Assembly (NCBI GenBank): GCA_951406725.2
Contig: OX597826.1
Coordinates: 80,414,001 to 80,478,000, forward strand
From: Octopus vulgaris
Lineage: Eukaryota
Reading direction: 5' to 3'
Length of the DNA stretch: 64,000 nucleotides
Below, one piece after another: positions 12,806-28,016 of the stretch. Under the pieces are notes generated by a model. The model was not told the DNA's origin. It worked only from the letters and a program-made list of their open reading frames with translations, and searched no databases. Position 1 is the first letter of the stretch. Each line of letters starts with the position of its first letter. Position numbers and translations under genes: made by a program.

Positions 12806-13339
12806 AGTGGCTCTCATGGCTTCTGATCTTAAGTGATTGGAAGTGTAATCATGTACATTGTTTTGTCTGGGTATAAAAGATGGGCTACAGCAAATATTCT
12901 GCTCAATACCACAGATTTGCTTGTCAGTTGTTTGACCTTAACCAGTTGAGCATGTCCCTTAGTGGCTGACGATATGTGCATCTCTGATCACGAGCAGAAG
13001 TAGTGGGGGAGCATCATAGCCATGTGTTGAGAGGGATTCTTTGGGGTTTGAATAATTCACCTCTGGAAACTAGGGTGGTTCTTTCAACATCCTTAAACAA
13101 CCCTTATTCAGGGACCTTTTGAGCGTGATGAGCTACTCAACCTGAAGAAAATTCTAACTGGGCTCCACCTGCAAGGTCATGTGCTGTTTATCTTGATATG
13201 AGATCACCATGTCGCGCACATATGGTTGTGAGGCATGTGCCTGGTGTACCCTTATCAGACGGGTAGTCATGATGGGTATATTGGGCTTCGTATATTTTAC
13301 CCCTGTGTCACTTTGATGGCATGAACTGCTCTCTCACTC
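12806..13339 (+). mobile_element. ~560-bp (AAT)n-embedded interspersed repeat (family F), slightly 5'-truncated
   Basis: Four copies in the window (also 14174-14731, 49610-50048, 51626-52058); ends ctgctctctcactc(aat)n. Confidence 0.9.
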
Positions 13340-14028
13340 AATAATAATAATAATAATAATAGCACAAACAGGAGAAACAGAACTCAACACTTCACTATAA
13401 ATAATATATTATCACTATTAAAAGGCAGAGAATTTTAAAAAATTCGCTCAAGGGCCGAGATTTTCGTGGATGATATGTGCCTTGCATAATATTCTCAGCA
13501 TTTGGGTCCCTTTTGTAACTTTCTGCAGTTTAATAAATAACAACACACACACACATACACACACACACACGTACACACATATATTCATATACATTATATA
13601 CATACAAACATAATGAGTTTTGTCCAAGAGAGATGTGTATTTTACAATGGATCGGTTTCCCATTGACTTTATAAGAACATTTTTATTATTTCTTATCTCC
13701 GTAGACTTTTGGTCAATGAATAATCAATGGAAACTTGCAGGAGACCAACAAAGAAGGCAGCGAATGGGAGTCATTAGATATTAGCTTGGTGTATCTGCTA
13801 TATCATTAGCCTGGCATTGATGCTCTGTATTGCAAGGACATCTTTTTAATTTAACTTGAAGCAATTAATTTTAGTATCTAGCCTCAGATAAGCTAATTCT
13901 AGATTAAAGATACTTTCAAGACTTGGTAAGCTAGCCAGCTATGGTCAGTATTAATGACACTGGAAATAGAACAGCCATGATTTGGCATGAATACCCAAGG
14001 ACATTTAAATAACAAGTAGAAGTAGGGC

Positions 14029-14094
<66 letters not shown>

Positions 14095-14099
14095 TATTA

Positions 14100-14173
<74 letters not shown>

Positions 14174-14730
14174 GAGTGAGAGAGCAGTTCATGCCATCAA
14201 AGTGACACTGGGGTAAAATATACGAAGCCCAATATACCCATCATGACTACCCGTCTGATAAGGGTACACCAGGCACATGCATCACAACCATATGTGCGCG
14301 ACATGGTGATCTAATATCAAGATAAACAGCACATGACCTTGCAGGTGGAGCCCAGTTAAAATTTTCTTCAGGTTGAGTAGCCCATCCCGCTCAAAGGGTC
14401 CCTGAATAAGGATTGTTTAAGGATGTTGAAAGAACCACCCATGTTTCCAGAGGTGAATTATTCAAACCCCAAAGAATCCCTCTCAACACATGGCTATGAT
14501 GCTCCCCCACTACTTCTACTCGTGATCAGAGATGCACATATCGTCAGCCACTAAGGGACATGCTCAACTGGTTAAGGTCAAACAACTGACAAGCAAATCT
14601 GTGGTATTGAGCAGAATATTTGCTGTAGCCCATCTTTTATACCAAGACAAAACAATGTATGTACATGATAACACCTCCAATCACTTAAGATCAGAAGCCA
14701 TGAGAGCCACTGCCTGGTACTGCATCAGGG

Positions 14731-14731
<1 letters not shown>
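14174..14731 (-). mobile_element. Family F repeat, full-length
   Basis: Reverse complement of 12806-13339 plus 5' gccctgatgcagtaccaggc; flanked by (ATT)n on both sides. Confidence 0.9.
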
Positions 14732-14786
<55 letters not shown>

Positions 14787-14787
<1 letters not shown>

Positions 14788-15182
14788 TAGTAGTATCGCC
14801 CGGCGTTGCTCGGGTTTGTAAGGGAAATAACTATATAAGCATTTTTAGAGATGTAAAGTATAATAGCCATCTCAATATGTCTAACCACAAAGGGGAGTGT
14901 TACTGTAGCTTTTTACGTTCTGAGATTTAATAATACATTTTTAGAGAGTTTACTTCCCTTATATAATAGCAAAGAAATGCATTTAAAATGGGAAAAATGA
15001 TGGGAATTTTTTTTTTTTAATCGTAGACTCATCGTAGACGCGCACTAATACCCAGAAGGGCTCGATATGAATCACGACTATAAGATACCCGCTTTTGGTT
15101 ACACTGCACCGCAAAATGTGGGAGTAGTTAGGAATCTAAATCGTAGGAGACAGACACACAACTTCACTTTTATATATAAAGA
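14787..15182 (-). mobile_element. Non-autonomous Helitron
   Basis: Minus strand A|TCTTTATATATAAAAG ... CCCGAGCAACGCCGGG hairpin, CGATACTA CTAG|T: classic TC/hairpin/CTAG ends at an AT site, no TSD. Confidence 0.85.
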
Positions 15183-15273
<91 letters not shown>

Positions 15274-15458
15274 AGGCGATGAGCTGGCAGAATTGGTAGC
15301 ACGCCCGGCGAAATGCTTAGTGGTATTTTGTCTGTCTTTACGTTCGAGTTCAAGTTCCGCCGAGGTCGACTTTGCCTTTCATCCTTTCGGGGTCGATAAA
15401 TTAAGTACCAGTTGCATACTGGTTCGATCTAATCGACTAGCCTCCTCCTCAAAAATTT
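15274..15458 (+). mobile_element. SINE family B copy
   Basis: aggcgatgagctggcagaattggtagcacgcccggcgaaatgcttagtgg...gtcgactttgcctttcatcctttcggggtcgataaattaagtaccag. Confidence 0.85.
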
Positions 15459-15566
<108 letters not shown>

Positions 15567-15989
15567 GCTGTTGTTGTTGCCGTTATTGTAGTTCTGAGAC
15601 CCTGGTTGCAGCCCTTGTATCGAATGTATCATTTCTCTTGTAAGTGCCTTCAGATTAGAATTGGAAAAATTTCAAATAAACTTACTTTATTCTCGAAGAA
15701 GCTTTAGAATTTTGTTTTAAGTAATTACATTTCTTTTGATTCTTGAAGAACTTTGATGAATATTTTCAATATATCTGACATTGCTTGGTTGGAGATCAGA
15801 CCACTTCTAACCATTTCTATTCAATCCTGTTTTAAACCGAATTTGATATTAAATGAATATTACTGGATATTACTAAACGGTGGTGCATCAGCATGGCCGC
15901 AGCTCTGAGCTGAAACTACAGAAAAGGAAAAAGACAAGTAGTCTTAAATGTCTCACGATATTTTGTGGGTGGAGGGTGTTTTCAGTTCA

Positions 15990-16415
15990 TGGCTGTGTGT
16001 TTAAGGAGCTCCCTCTGCAACCAAATCCTTTTGGGATCGTTCTCACAACGTGGCACATCGGATAAATCGCTCCGGGCCGACCGGGAGCTTTTGAGTAAAT
16101 TTGGCAGGCGGAGATGGTGCAGAAGCCCGTCATATGTGTGTGTGCGTATGTGTGCATACGTGTGTGCGTGTGCGCGCGCACTTTATGTATATCTATGAAT
16201 ATGTAATTAGGCATGTGTCTATGTTTGTGGGCGTTTTTGTTTGTACTTGATCCCCACCACCGCTTGACAACCGGTATTGGCTTGTTTACGTCCTCGCAAC
16301 GTCGCAGTTTGGCAAAATAGATCAATAGTATAAGTTACCGGACTCAAAAATAAATACTGTGATCGTCAATGTGGTGTCCCAGTATGGCCGCAGTCCAATG
16401 ATTGAAAGATGTAAC
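15990..16415 (+). mobile_element. SINE family A decayed copy
   Basis: Collinear similarity to 30822-31200. Confidence 0.75.
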
Positions 16416-16436
16416 AGTAACTATAATATATTGCAT

Positions 16437-16494
<58 letters not shown>

Positions 16495-16559
16495 TGTGTG
16501 TATGTATGTATGTATGTATGTATGTATGTATGTATGTATGTATGTATGTATGTATGTAT

Positions 16560-16908
16560 GTGAAGACGCATGGCTCAGTGGTTAGAGCGTCGAGCTTACG
16601 ATCGTGAGGTTGTGAGCTCGAATCCCGGACCGGGCTGCGTGTTGTGTTCTTGAGCAAGACACTTTATTTCACGTTGCTCCAGTTCACTCAGCTGTAGAAA
16701 TGAGTTGCGACGTCACAGGTGCCAAGCTGTATCGACCTTTGTCTTTCCCTTGGATAACACTGGTGGCGTGGAGAGAGGAGGCTGGTATGCATGGGCGACT
16801 GCTGGTCTTCCATAAACAACCTTGCCCGGACTTGTGTCTAGGAGGGTAACTTTCTAGGTGCAATCCCATGGTCATTCATGACCGAAGGGGGTCTTTACCT
16901 TTTACCTT
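16560..16908 (+). mobile_element. tRNA-derived SINE family D
   Basis: A box tggctcagtgg, B-box-like gagctcgaatccc; ends in a (tttacct) tandem tail. Confidence 0.85.
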
Positions 16909-17095
16909 TATGTATGTATGTATGTATATATAGATAGATATAGATAGATATAGATATAAATATTATATTATATAAACATATCCAGCCGGGTTATATATGA
17001 ATTTATTTCAATCTCTACATATCGCTATAATATCTGTCTTTCAGCCAACCAAACTCATAGAACCATTCTTTAGTCTACCACGGCAGTTAAAAGTC

Positions 17096-17153
<58 letters not shown>

Positions 17154-17334
17154 GAAAAACATCTGTTTTATCTCACGTGTCGATGACTTTTATGACTGCG
17201 ACTGTTCGTATCGAATACAGGCTGGAAGGTTGCAAGTCTGGGTGAATGCGAGTTTATGTTTGGACAAGATGAAATAAATATCTGGTTGATCAGGTTTCTG
17301 CTTTTTTACTGGGAAATGTACTTCTTGCTTTACT

Positions 17335-17960
<626 letters not shown>

Positions 17961-18968
17961 GTTTACTAACTATTTCTAGATATGTTTTATTCTGTTTGGT
18001 GAAATTATGTTCCTTTGTAGAGAGGAAAGAAAAAAATGAAAATGAAATAAAATTCATACAACCATTTCTAAGCTATACGCGTGCAAACATATGTGCGCGT
18101 GCGTGTGCATGTGTGCGTGTGTGTGTGAATGCGGATTTCTGTTTGTGTGTAGATGCGTTTATGTGCGTATGTATATATATGTATGTAAATATATTTATAT
18201 AAATATATGTATGTATATATACACATAAATATATAACTTTATATATATATATATATATTTATTTATATATGTATATATATATATATATATACATATAAAT
18301 ATATTTAAATATATATATACATATATATTCACATGCATACATTTATGTATATATATATAACTTTATATATTAGCATTTATATACATATATACACATATAT
18401 GCATATGTTCCAATGTGTGTATGAGTGTGTGTGTGTGTGTGTGTGTGTACAGTTTGCTTGAAATCCGATTTGCATACAAATGGATTTACAAATACACACG
18501 CATGTGCAAACGTGTATGTGTTTGAGAGCTGTATGCCGCTGTTCGGTCTATATATAAACACATACATACACACACATATATTATATACACATATATCTAG
18601 ATATATGTACATACATGAATATATGCATATACATATGTATACAAGCATACATGCAATTATACACACACACTCGTATGCATACATGCTAACATGTATGTAT
18701 GTATGTATGTATGTATTTACACATACAATAATAAAAATGACGGAATGTTATACATACCTGTTTTTTTTTAATATGATACCAGCCAGAAGTGTAAAAAATT
18801 TTATTCATCTTTTCTACATTGTGGTACTATTCCTATTTTGTGTGTGAGCGTGTCTGTGTGTGTGTGTGAGCGTGTATTTGAACATATATTTGTGATTATT
18901 CGATGAAAGGTATAGATGCTTTAAAATAAATAATATTATATAAAATATAAAACAGAAATGAACATAAT

Positions 18969-19056
<88 letters not shown>

Positions 19057-19128
19057 AAATGGATGTCATGAATCTTCCGTCATGAAATGTGTGTTCTTAT
19101 ATATAAATACAGTAATAGATAGACAGAC

Positions 19129-19206
<78 letters not shown>

Positions 19207-20121
19207 ATAGACAGACAGACAGGCAAACAGACTTACTGACAGAGAGACAGACAGACATTATGTATGTATATGCAAGTATACATGCATAGACATACATACA
19301 AACACACACACGCACACTCACACATGCACACACAGATGTACACATACACGCAGACACGCACACATACACACACACACACATACACTTGCGCACACACACG
19401 CAAAACTGTATATCCATCGATTTCTTTTTTTTCTTATCAGGTGACAGTGAAGGCAATTTTTTATAGATGGAGTTGTATTCGGTTATATATTATATTGAAC
19501 ATACAGAGGAGGAGGAGGAGGAGGAAGAAGAAGAAGAAGAAGAAGAAGAAGAAGAAGAAGAAGAAGAAGAAGAAGAAGAACAACAACAACAACAACAACA
19601 ACAGCAACAACAGCAGCAACAACAACAAACAGAATAAATAACAAAAACAATGAGGCTGGTTCTCCCAAAATCTGATTAATTTCAATCAGCAGAAGAAATC
19701 TTAATTCTCAGACGGGACCCATTGCGTTTCCTTTCTTCTGTTCAAGGCTGAACAGTTTCGATGTCTGAATCTGTATTTTGACTCAAACAGTTGTTGTTTA
19801 TGACCGATTTTCTCTAAAAGCGGTGATGCTAGGTCTTAGATCGAGTGAAGGTGACGATTCTAATGGAGGCGTGGGGGGGGGGCATTGTCCGAGTCGGTGA
19901 CCATCTTAGTCTGGAATGACCAAAGGTGACTTTTCACTACAATAGAATGGAAAGGAACACTTTGGGACGAGAGTTATCTAACATGTACAGGAGGAACTTG
20001 AAACGTCAAAGATTTTCTGTGTGAGTTCTTTCGGAACCATCATGATTTCATGGTTAAGGAGAGAAACAAGGCGTGTTCCTAAATATGAAAGTTGTAAACT
20101 TCATGACTTAAACTGTTATAC

Positions 20122-20215
<94 letters not shown>

Positions 20216-20259
20216 CAGAGAGAGAAAGAGAGAGAGAGAAAGAGAGAGAGAGAAAGTAA

Positions 20260-20620
20260 GTAGAAGAAAGCGAAAATGCACATTGGATATAAAAAATAAA
20301 GGCTTTTTTATGAAACGATAAATATATATAACGCTAAGTATATATAATTAGAAGAATTGAGGTAAAATTAAGAGGAATTAAAGTCATAATTTTGAATTGT
20401 TAAAGAGATTCAAAGTCATACCGGTTTCGTCAATTGCTGTTCACTGGCTTTGAATGCGCATCGATTACCAAGCGGTGTTGGGTCTACTAGTCCCTGAGTA
20501 AAAAGATTATATGCAACGGGGGTAAGTAGTTCTGGGAGTGGTGCAATTAGGGTAGATGTAATACTGCAATATGAATGGTGTGTGGAATGTATGAGAATTA
20601 GTGGTATTTATGGTAAAGTT
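20260..20620 (-). mobile_element. Penelope-like relic with decayed hammerhead (20408-20455)
   Basis: Minus: ATTCAAAGCCA-[damaged core GTGAA]-CAGCAATTGAC-GAAA-CCGG-TA-TGACTTTGAAT; 11-nt stem I with one mismatch and palindromic stem III. Confidence 0.5.
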
Positions 20621-20889
20621 AGCCACTCATAAGGCTTTGATCGTCTGGAGACGATCAAAGCCTTACGAGTGGATTTGGTAAGAGAGAAACTGTAAGAAGC
20701 CACTCGTGCATATATACATATATCTGTGCTTGCCTTTGTGTCTGTATTTATCCCCCACGACCGCTTGACAACCGGCGTTAGTGTGTTTACGTCCCCGTAA
20801 TCTAGAAGTTTGACAAAAGAGGTAGTAGAAGTACCAGGTTTAGAAAAAATAAGTCTTGGGTCAATTTGTTCGATTAAAAGAATTCTTCA

Positions 20890-21320
20890 AGAATAATATT
20901 TTTCTATATGAATAATATTTTGTATAATGACTAATTCGTCCTGGTAGTAATCTATATTATTACCCTTTTGATTATATTCACATATTACTTGATAGATTTA
21001 TTCGTAAAATTTTTTCCCGTCATGCCCTATATCGCCGGGTAGATTTTGCGTCAGCGCAGAGATTTGAAAAGCTGAGATCTGCAAGTTGTTGAGATCAACA
21101 CATGGTCTAACGCGATGCGCATCTCGATTTAACTCAGGCGTCTCGCTGATGAAACCGGCCTTAGCAAACATATTCTGTCTGTTTTGCTAGAAAGAGGTAG
21201 AAACTGATATCAGTCCGGGATGTATCGTTATCGGTAAATGTTTTTGATTTTCACTCTCGATAAATTTATCCCATTTTTGTGTCCCTAGCACTTGGCATCC
21301 TTATTTAGGATCCCTTAATT
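20890..21320 (+). mobile_element. Penelope-like element terminal-repeat fragment
   Basis: Contains a type I hammerhead and ends in a TA run; hammerheads are an established feature of Penelope pLTRs. Confidence 0.55.
21138..21223 (+). ncRNA. Type I hammerhead ribozyme, core intact
   Basis: GCGTCTCG-CTGATGA(21146-52)-A-ACC..TAGCAAACA/TGTTTTGCTA..GGT-A-GAAA(21200-03)-CTG-ATAT-CAG-TC^-CGGGATGT; 8-bp stem I (with G-U pairs), 4-bp stem III, GUC cleavage site after 21215. Confidence 0.85.
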
Positions 21321-21429
21321 ATATATATGGGTTCAAATTGCTAATAGTCACCCATTTGATATATATACATACATAACCTTCCGGTCCAGAGAACAAGGTG
21401 TCATCATACCACTTGTCTCGTCCTTTGTA

Positions 21430-22043
21430 CGACCACACCTCGAATTTGCTGCCCACTGTGGTCTCTCCATACAAGACAAAACATCTCGAGGATTGAATCA
21501 CCCCAGAGGGCATTCACTATACGAATTGAAGGCATGGCTGCTCTCGATTATTGGGACTGCCTTAAAGCCTTGAAACTCTACTCTCTCCAGCGCCGCCGTG
21601 AGCGGTGCATCATTGGTACGATGTGGAGAATATACCGCCAACTTTGCCCAAACGACCTGAACATTAGCTTCAAGGTTCATCCAAGATTAGTACCACGGGC
21701 CATACGTACTCTGCCCAATTCAGGATCACAGCATATATGTACACTGCAACATAATTTCTTTTCCTCAACAGGCCCTGCCCTATTTAACATTGTCCCGAGG
21801 GAGATCAAAGAGGAAAAGGATCCCATCAACTTTAAACGGAGTCTGGATAGATTCCTTCAAGGAATACCAAATAAGCCACCCATAATTGGATACAACTCAC
21901 CCAACAAAAACTCACTACTTGAATGGACCATAAACAAAACTTGACTTAAACAGGATTTAGATAATCCTATCAGGTGGTGCTATTAAGTTAGACATGGCCT
22001 GGACCAATCTTTGGTCGAAACATACCTAAGTTTATCTAAGTTT
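21430..22043 (+). mobile_element. CR1-like LINE 3' end (ORF2 C-terminus and 3' UTR)
   Basis: LDYWDCLKALKLYSLQRRRER...GPALFNIVPREIK...FKRSLDRFLQGIPNKP; ends (ctaagttt)2. Confidence 0.9.
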
Positions 22044-22106
22044 ATATACATACATACATACATACATACATACATTCATACATACATACATACATACATA
22101 CATACA

Positions 22107-22139
<33 letters not shown>

Positions 22140-22719
22140 GTATGTATGTATGTAATATATTTATATATATATATGTATGTATGCATATACATATATATAG
22201 ATATAGATATCTTCATTAATTAATAGTTTGCCAAGCCAGATATTGTCTTTATCTCATTAGTGTTAAAAGTCGGTTCTTGGTCTCTAGGGATTTACGAGAT
22301 GACAATTATTTAGAAAGAAAGAGCTTTGTCTAGTTGAGAACATTTTATATCCGATTAGTTTGTGGGATTTTGTTTAATAGGTTTTGTAATAAAATCTGCT
22401 GAAATTATCAGTAAATTAGGAAGTAAATAATTTTATATTTCCAACACAGAGATCAAAAATAAGTCAGTAATACGTACAAATGTTTCCGATTCAGACGGGC
22501 ATTGCACGCGAGAAAATTAAGGTTGTGTGTATATAAGAATGAAATTATTTACTGAAAATTTCAATTGCTTCTATTCAGATATTCTACATCTCAAAATGAT
22601 TTATCTAATGTGTCCTCCATTTTTTAAGGGTACCGGTTATTCGTCGTCGGCTTTATCTCGTTTCCGAGTATTTGTTTTCTTCTTTACTGAACGCTTCCTT
22701 TACGGTGATGCTGTTGATG

Positions 22720-22980
22720 ACTAATTAGATCAGTTCTTGCATAGAAGAGTCGATGGCATTAACTGCATGGCAATGTTGGTGGAGGACGGGGGGGGGGTGA
22801 TTTTCTTGGGGTTTTTTCTCTCTTGTCGTTTGATTTTTTTCGTTTCCTCTTCTCGAACACCGCCACTTGGTACGGTCTCGGGCTTGTGTTTCAAACGATT
22901 CAAGCTCAATTCCAGTGGCTTTTAGTGTTGGTTCTTGTATCTTCGAAGGGGGCAACCCTGTGGCCTTTGTCCTGAAGTGA
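22720..22980 (-). mobile_element. RTE-like LINE 3' relic
   Basis: GQRPQGCP...LKATGIELESFETQARDRTKWR, with remains of a C2H2-like tail. Confidence 0.65.
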
Positions 22981-23710
22981 GCGTGGGAATGTGAGCAAGA
23001 TCTCGCTCTTATATTTACTTAGTTGACTTTCCAATCAGACATGCCTTCATTGGCTCATTGCTTCCTGGCATATTGTTGAAGACGTCGTTAATGCTGCTGG
23101 TGTTGTTGTTGTTGTTTTTAATTAGCCCCGATTCACACTTGATCTGGCAGATGTATGATTAATGACATTCCAGCCGTAGCCATCTCATCTTTTAAGGCTT
23201 TTTAAGACTATATATTCCAACGAGATCTTTCATTTTATAAGACAGCGCGGCATGGTTTCAGGGAGATGGTTGGTTGGATTATCTAGCAACACGAGCGACC
23301 ACTTTTGACTGCTTCATTGATTCGAACTCCCAGGCTTGCTCAATGCCATTTCGTTTTATAAAGTAATCCAGACACTGAACTCCATTACAAGCTAACATGT
23401 CTGCGCTCCAGTCAAGAACCGCACCGAAAATAGCAGACTAAAGACAAATATATTTGTTGTACGCAATTATTCTAATGTAGGTCATATTCCACAGAGTAAT
23501 TTGGCTTCTTTTATGGAATCAAAGACTATTTAAAGTCATAAAAATTCTTCGGAAAGTAATTAGTGTTACAGAACAAAGATTTTGTTCGGAATTCTCTCTA
23601 AAGAATAGCGTTGCTCTTCGAGAATAATAATAACAATAGCAGATTAAATGTATGGAATTAATAATTGGTGTGAAATTCAAAGAAAACCACTTTAAATCGA
23701 CTGCTTAAAA

Positions 23711-23757
<47 letters not shown>

Positions 23758-23906
23758 AAGTGCGTGCGTGGTGTCTGGGCGCCACTGTGTGTATGTGTGT
23801 GATTATGATATTCTGTAGATTGTTTTCCTCTGATACATATGTGTGATACATGCGTGTATTCATGCATATATGTGTGTGTGTGTGTGTGTTTATGTGTAAA
23901 TATATG

Positions 23907-23943
<37 letters not shown>

Positions 23944-24099
23944 TATATATAGATGTGTGTGTATGTATATATAGAATATATATATATATACATATATATA
24001 TATATGTTCTATATATACATACACACAGGTCTTGTTGCAGCTCCTGGAGTCTTGCATGCGTAACGGGTTTACTACCTTCAGCCTACGGTACCATTTTAT

Positions 24100-24418
24100 A
24101 TATACATACATACATACATACATACATACATAGACACATACATACATACATACATACAAACATACATACATACAAACATACATACATACATACAAACATA
24201 CAACCATACATACATACAAACATACATGCATACATACATACAAGCATACATACATACATATATACACACATACATACATACATACACACATACATACATA
24301 CAAACATACATGCATACATACATACATACATACATACATACATACATACACACACAAATGCACATACATACATACATACATACATACATACATACATACA
24401 TACATACATACATACATA
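24100..24418. repeat. (TACA)n microsatellite
   Basis: Direct inspection. Confidence 0.97.
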
Positions 24419-24774
24419 GGCAAATGCCTGAATAACGAGAGATAGTAAAGTTGGATTTCTCGTTAATGCGGTACATTATATTTTTCGCATAATCCTAATC
24501 CAATGTCAACATTGGCTGAACAGCTCATTTCCGCAACAATGTCCCCTTTTTTCTCTCTTAAAGCCCATTATGTCTGGTTTGTTATGCATACATTTCCGGA
24601 GATTTCACAAGACCAATCCTCGTGTATTCGTTTATATCATTGTTCGGGACATAAACTGATATATTGACAAAAAGAAAAATCATGGATAATTCCAAAGGTC
24701 AGTCCCTCTGCAAATGTGGACATTTACCCAAAATCGGCGAGGAGAATAACTATGGACATCTGCAACGAAATCTA

Positions 24775-24892
<118 letters not shown>

Positions 24893-25867
24893 TATAAATT
24901 CACATTTATACGGATAATTATGGCAGAACTTGACTGTGCTGGTAAATATTTATGGGACAATCTCAAAAAGCTGGGTTTTCAGGCAAAGAAAGTGATGCTC
25001 TACATAAATATAGTCTGCAAGCTGTAAAAATATGCAAGAGTAAAAACATGTGAGATTATTCTCTTCTAAAGTAGACTATGTAATATTTGTAACATTTCTG
25101 TTATACAAATTCCAGTGATGAAGCTTTGCTTCTTCGTTAAAAACTAGCTTCTCTCTCGTGGGAAGAATTCAAATAGCTAAGGCGGAAAACCATACATGAC
25201 TGCATAGCTAATGTTGACCAAATTCCAATCGACAAACAATATTTCTGGGCTGGTTGATATCGGCTTTTTCTGTACTGGTGATTTTTGAAATGCAACCAGA
25301 ACATACTAACATACGTCCCTACATTCCATTCGTTCATACATATATACATACGTATACATACATACATATGTATAGGTACACTCATATATATATATATATA
25401 TTAGTTTATAGATATATATATCGTATATCTATAATACGTATTGATGCGCTAGCGTGTGCTATAAAATTGCACGGGGGAATAATCCCAGATTATCCAATGC
25501 GAGATAGGTTATTATTTAGAAGCCAAGACCTAATATGGCGTATCTTCTGTTAATGTCAAAGTAGACCGACATCCATTTGGCCAGTAGCACATAAATCATA
25601 TTGAAGATGAGGTCGACCTGATCTCGAATGAAGCATCGAAACATAAAGCAATTTAATATCCGAAATCCTGGCTGACACAAATGAAAGCACGTCTCGAAAA
25701 TAAGAGAAAATAAAACGTGGAACATACGTGGTGGGACGGGGAGGGGGGAGATTAACGAGGGAAAGAAAATCAATGTTCAAACACACACACACACACACAC
25801 ACACCACGTGTATGTTATATATGTATGTCTCCATACAAACACGTGTTTATATATACGTATATATATA

Positions 25868-25982
<115 letters not shown>

Positions 25983-26992
25983 TATACATATGAACATATG
26001 TATATATATTCATATCCAAGCACACACAGAGATACAGAATATATTTATACACGTACATATGTGCATAGTCACTCTCACACACACATCTATACACATATTC
26101 TCGCAAACACATACACATATTGTGTGTGTATGAATGTATGTATGTATGTATGTATGTATGTATGTATGTATGTATGTATGTATGTATGTATGTATGTATG
26201 TACGTGCGTGCGTATTGTTCTGAGACGCTAAACACAATATAATAATAAAGTTAAGTGGATGAAAGCATATTTAATGCTTCGCCATAATAAAGTGCTAAAG
26301 TAGGATAAACTACGCGACGGAAGGAAAATATTCGACGCTTTTAGTTGCAGAAGTAAAATGGGAAACAACACACGTTACGTTTCTTTCTTATTCACCGTCT
26401 TCAGCGAAAGTTTAAGGCATGAGTGTCGCATAGAAAACATATCAATGTGCAATATTATCTGTATACTAAGAAATAATAATAAGGTAAATTATAGTTGTAT
26501 GCATGGCTGTGAGAGTTAGCACCCTACTAGATGTAGGAATGGCTGTGTGGTTAAGAAATTAGCCTTGCAACCGTTTGGTTTCGGGTTCAATCTTAAAGCA
26601 TGCCACGCTAGACAAGTGTCTTCCATTACAGTCCCGGACCGGACCGGTTGATACCTTAATATCGGAAATCATGGCTGACACAAATAAAAGCACGATTCAA
26701 AATAAGAGAAAATAAAACGTGCAATATACGTGGCGAGGGGGGGGGAAAGAAAGTCAATGTTGAAAACACACACACAAACACGCACATAAACACACATACA
26801 CACACACACGTATTCGTGTATATATATATATATATACTACGGGCTTCTTTCAGGGCTGTGTAGTAAGTATCTTGCTTACCAACTATATGGTTCTGGGTTC
26901 AGTCTCACTGCGTGGCACCTTCTACAATAGCCTCGGGCGGACCGAAGTCTTGCGAGAGGACTTGGTAGGCGGAAACTGAAAGAAGCCCGTCG

Positions 26993-27108
<116 letters not shown>

Positions 27109-27111
27109 AAG

Positions 27112-27193
<82 letters not shown>

Positions 27194-27484
27194 GCTTGTG
27201 ATCATGAAGTCAACTCCTTACCAATCGGAGAAACATATCACACACAGAGGCGGAGATTTCTTAATTCGCCGTAATTGTTGAAATCTGATATTTCTACGTG
27301 ATATAAAGGATAATTGTTGAAATGAAGATAAAGTCTTTGGGAATGAAATTTCAGATTTCTCCGCGACCATTGCGTGCTGCCACAAAGTTTAGAGACGTTG
27401 AGTGTTATATAAATACTTCACGTTCTATTTAGTAGACACAGGCAATTCCAGCACTGCTATGTACTACCGAGCAAAAGTGTCCAC

Positions 27485-27656
<172 letters not shown>

Positions 27657-27803
27657 TAGGTGAATGAATTATCCTATGTTTATCGTCAGCATGGAAAATT
27701 CGTTTAACCGAAACCTGGGTAGCAAATTCACGTCAGAAAACACGGTTGAAGCGACCTGTCAAGGGTAGAAACTCCGGGTTCACTTGTAGAAATTTTTGTG
27801 TTG

Positions 27804-28016
27804 TATATGAATAAATGAAAGAATGGAGTCGAACGAAGATGTTAACAAAATTCCTTTACTCTCGACACATGTTTCGAAGACAGCATATTTTCATTCCAAA
27901 GGAATAAAGGGTACATTCCTTTGGAATGAAAATATGCTGTCTTCGAAACATGTGTCGAGAGTAAAGGAATTTTGTTAACATCTTCGTTCGACTCCATTCT
28001 TTCATGTATTCATATA
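27804..28016. repeat. Near-perfect 102-bp inverted repeat with 9-nt loop
   Basis: 27804-27905 vs 27915-28016, one mismatch; arm contains a hammerhead 3' half cGAAAC-atgt-GTC-gagag. Confidence 0.95.

Noticed and set aside
14532-14930. ORF MHISSATKGHAQLVKVKQ... repeated at 51455-51697
   Set aside because: Antisense reading of non-coding repeat family F running into microsatellite
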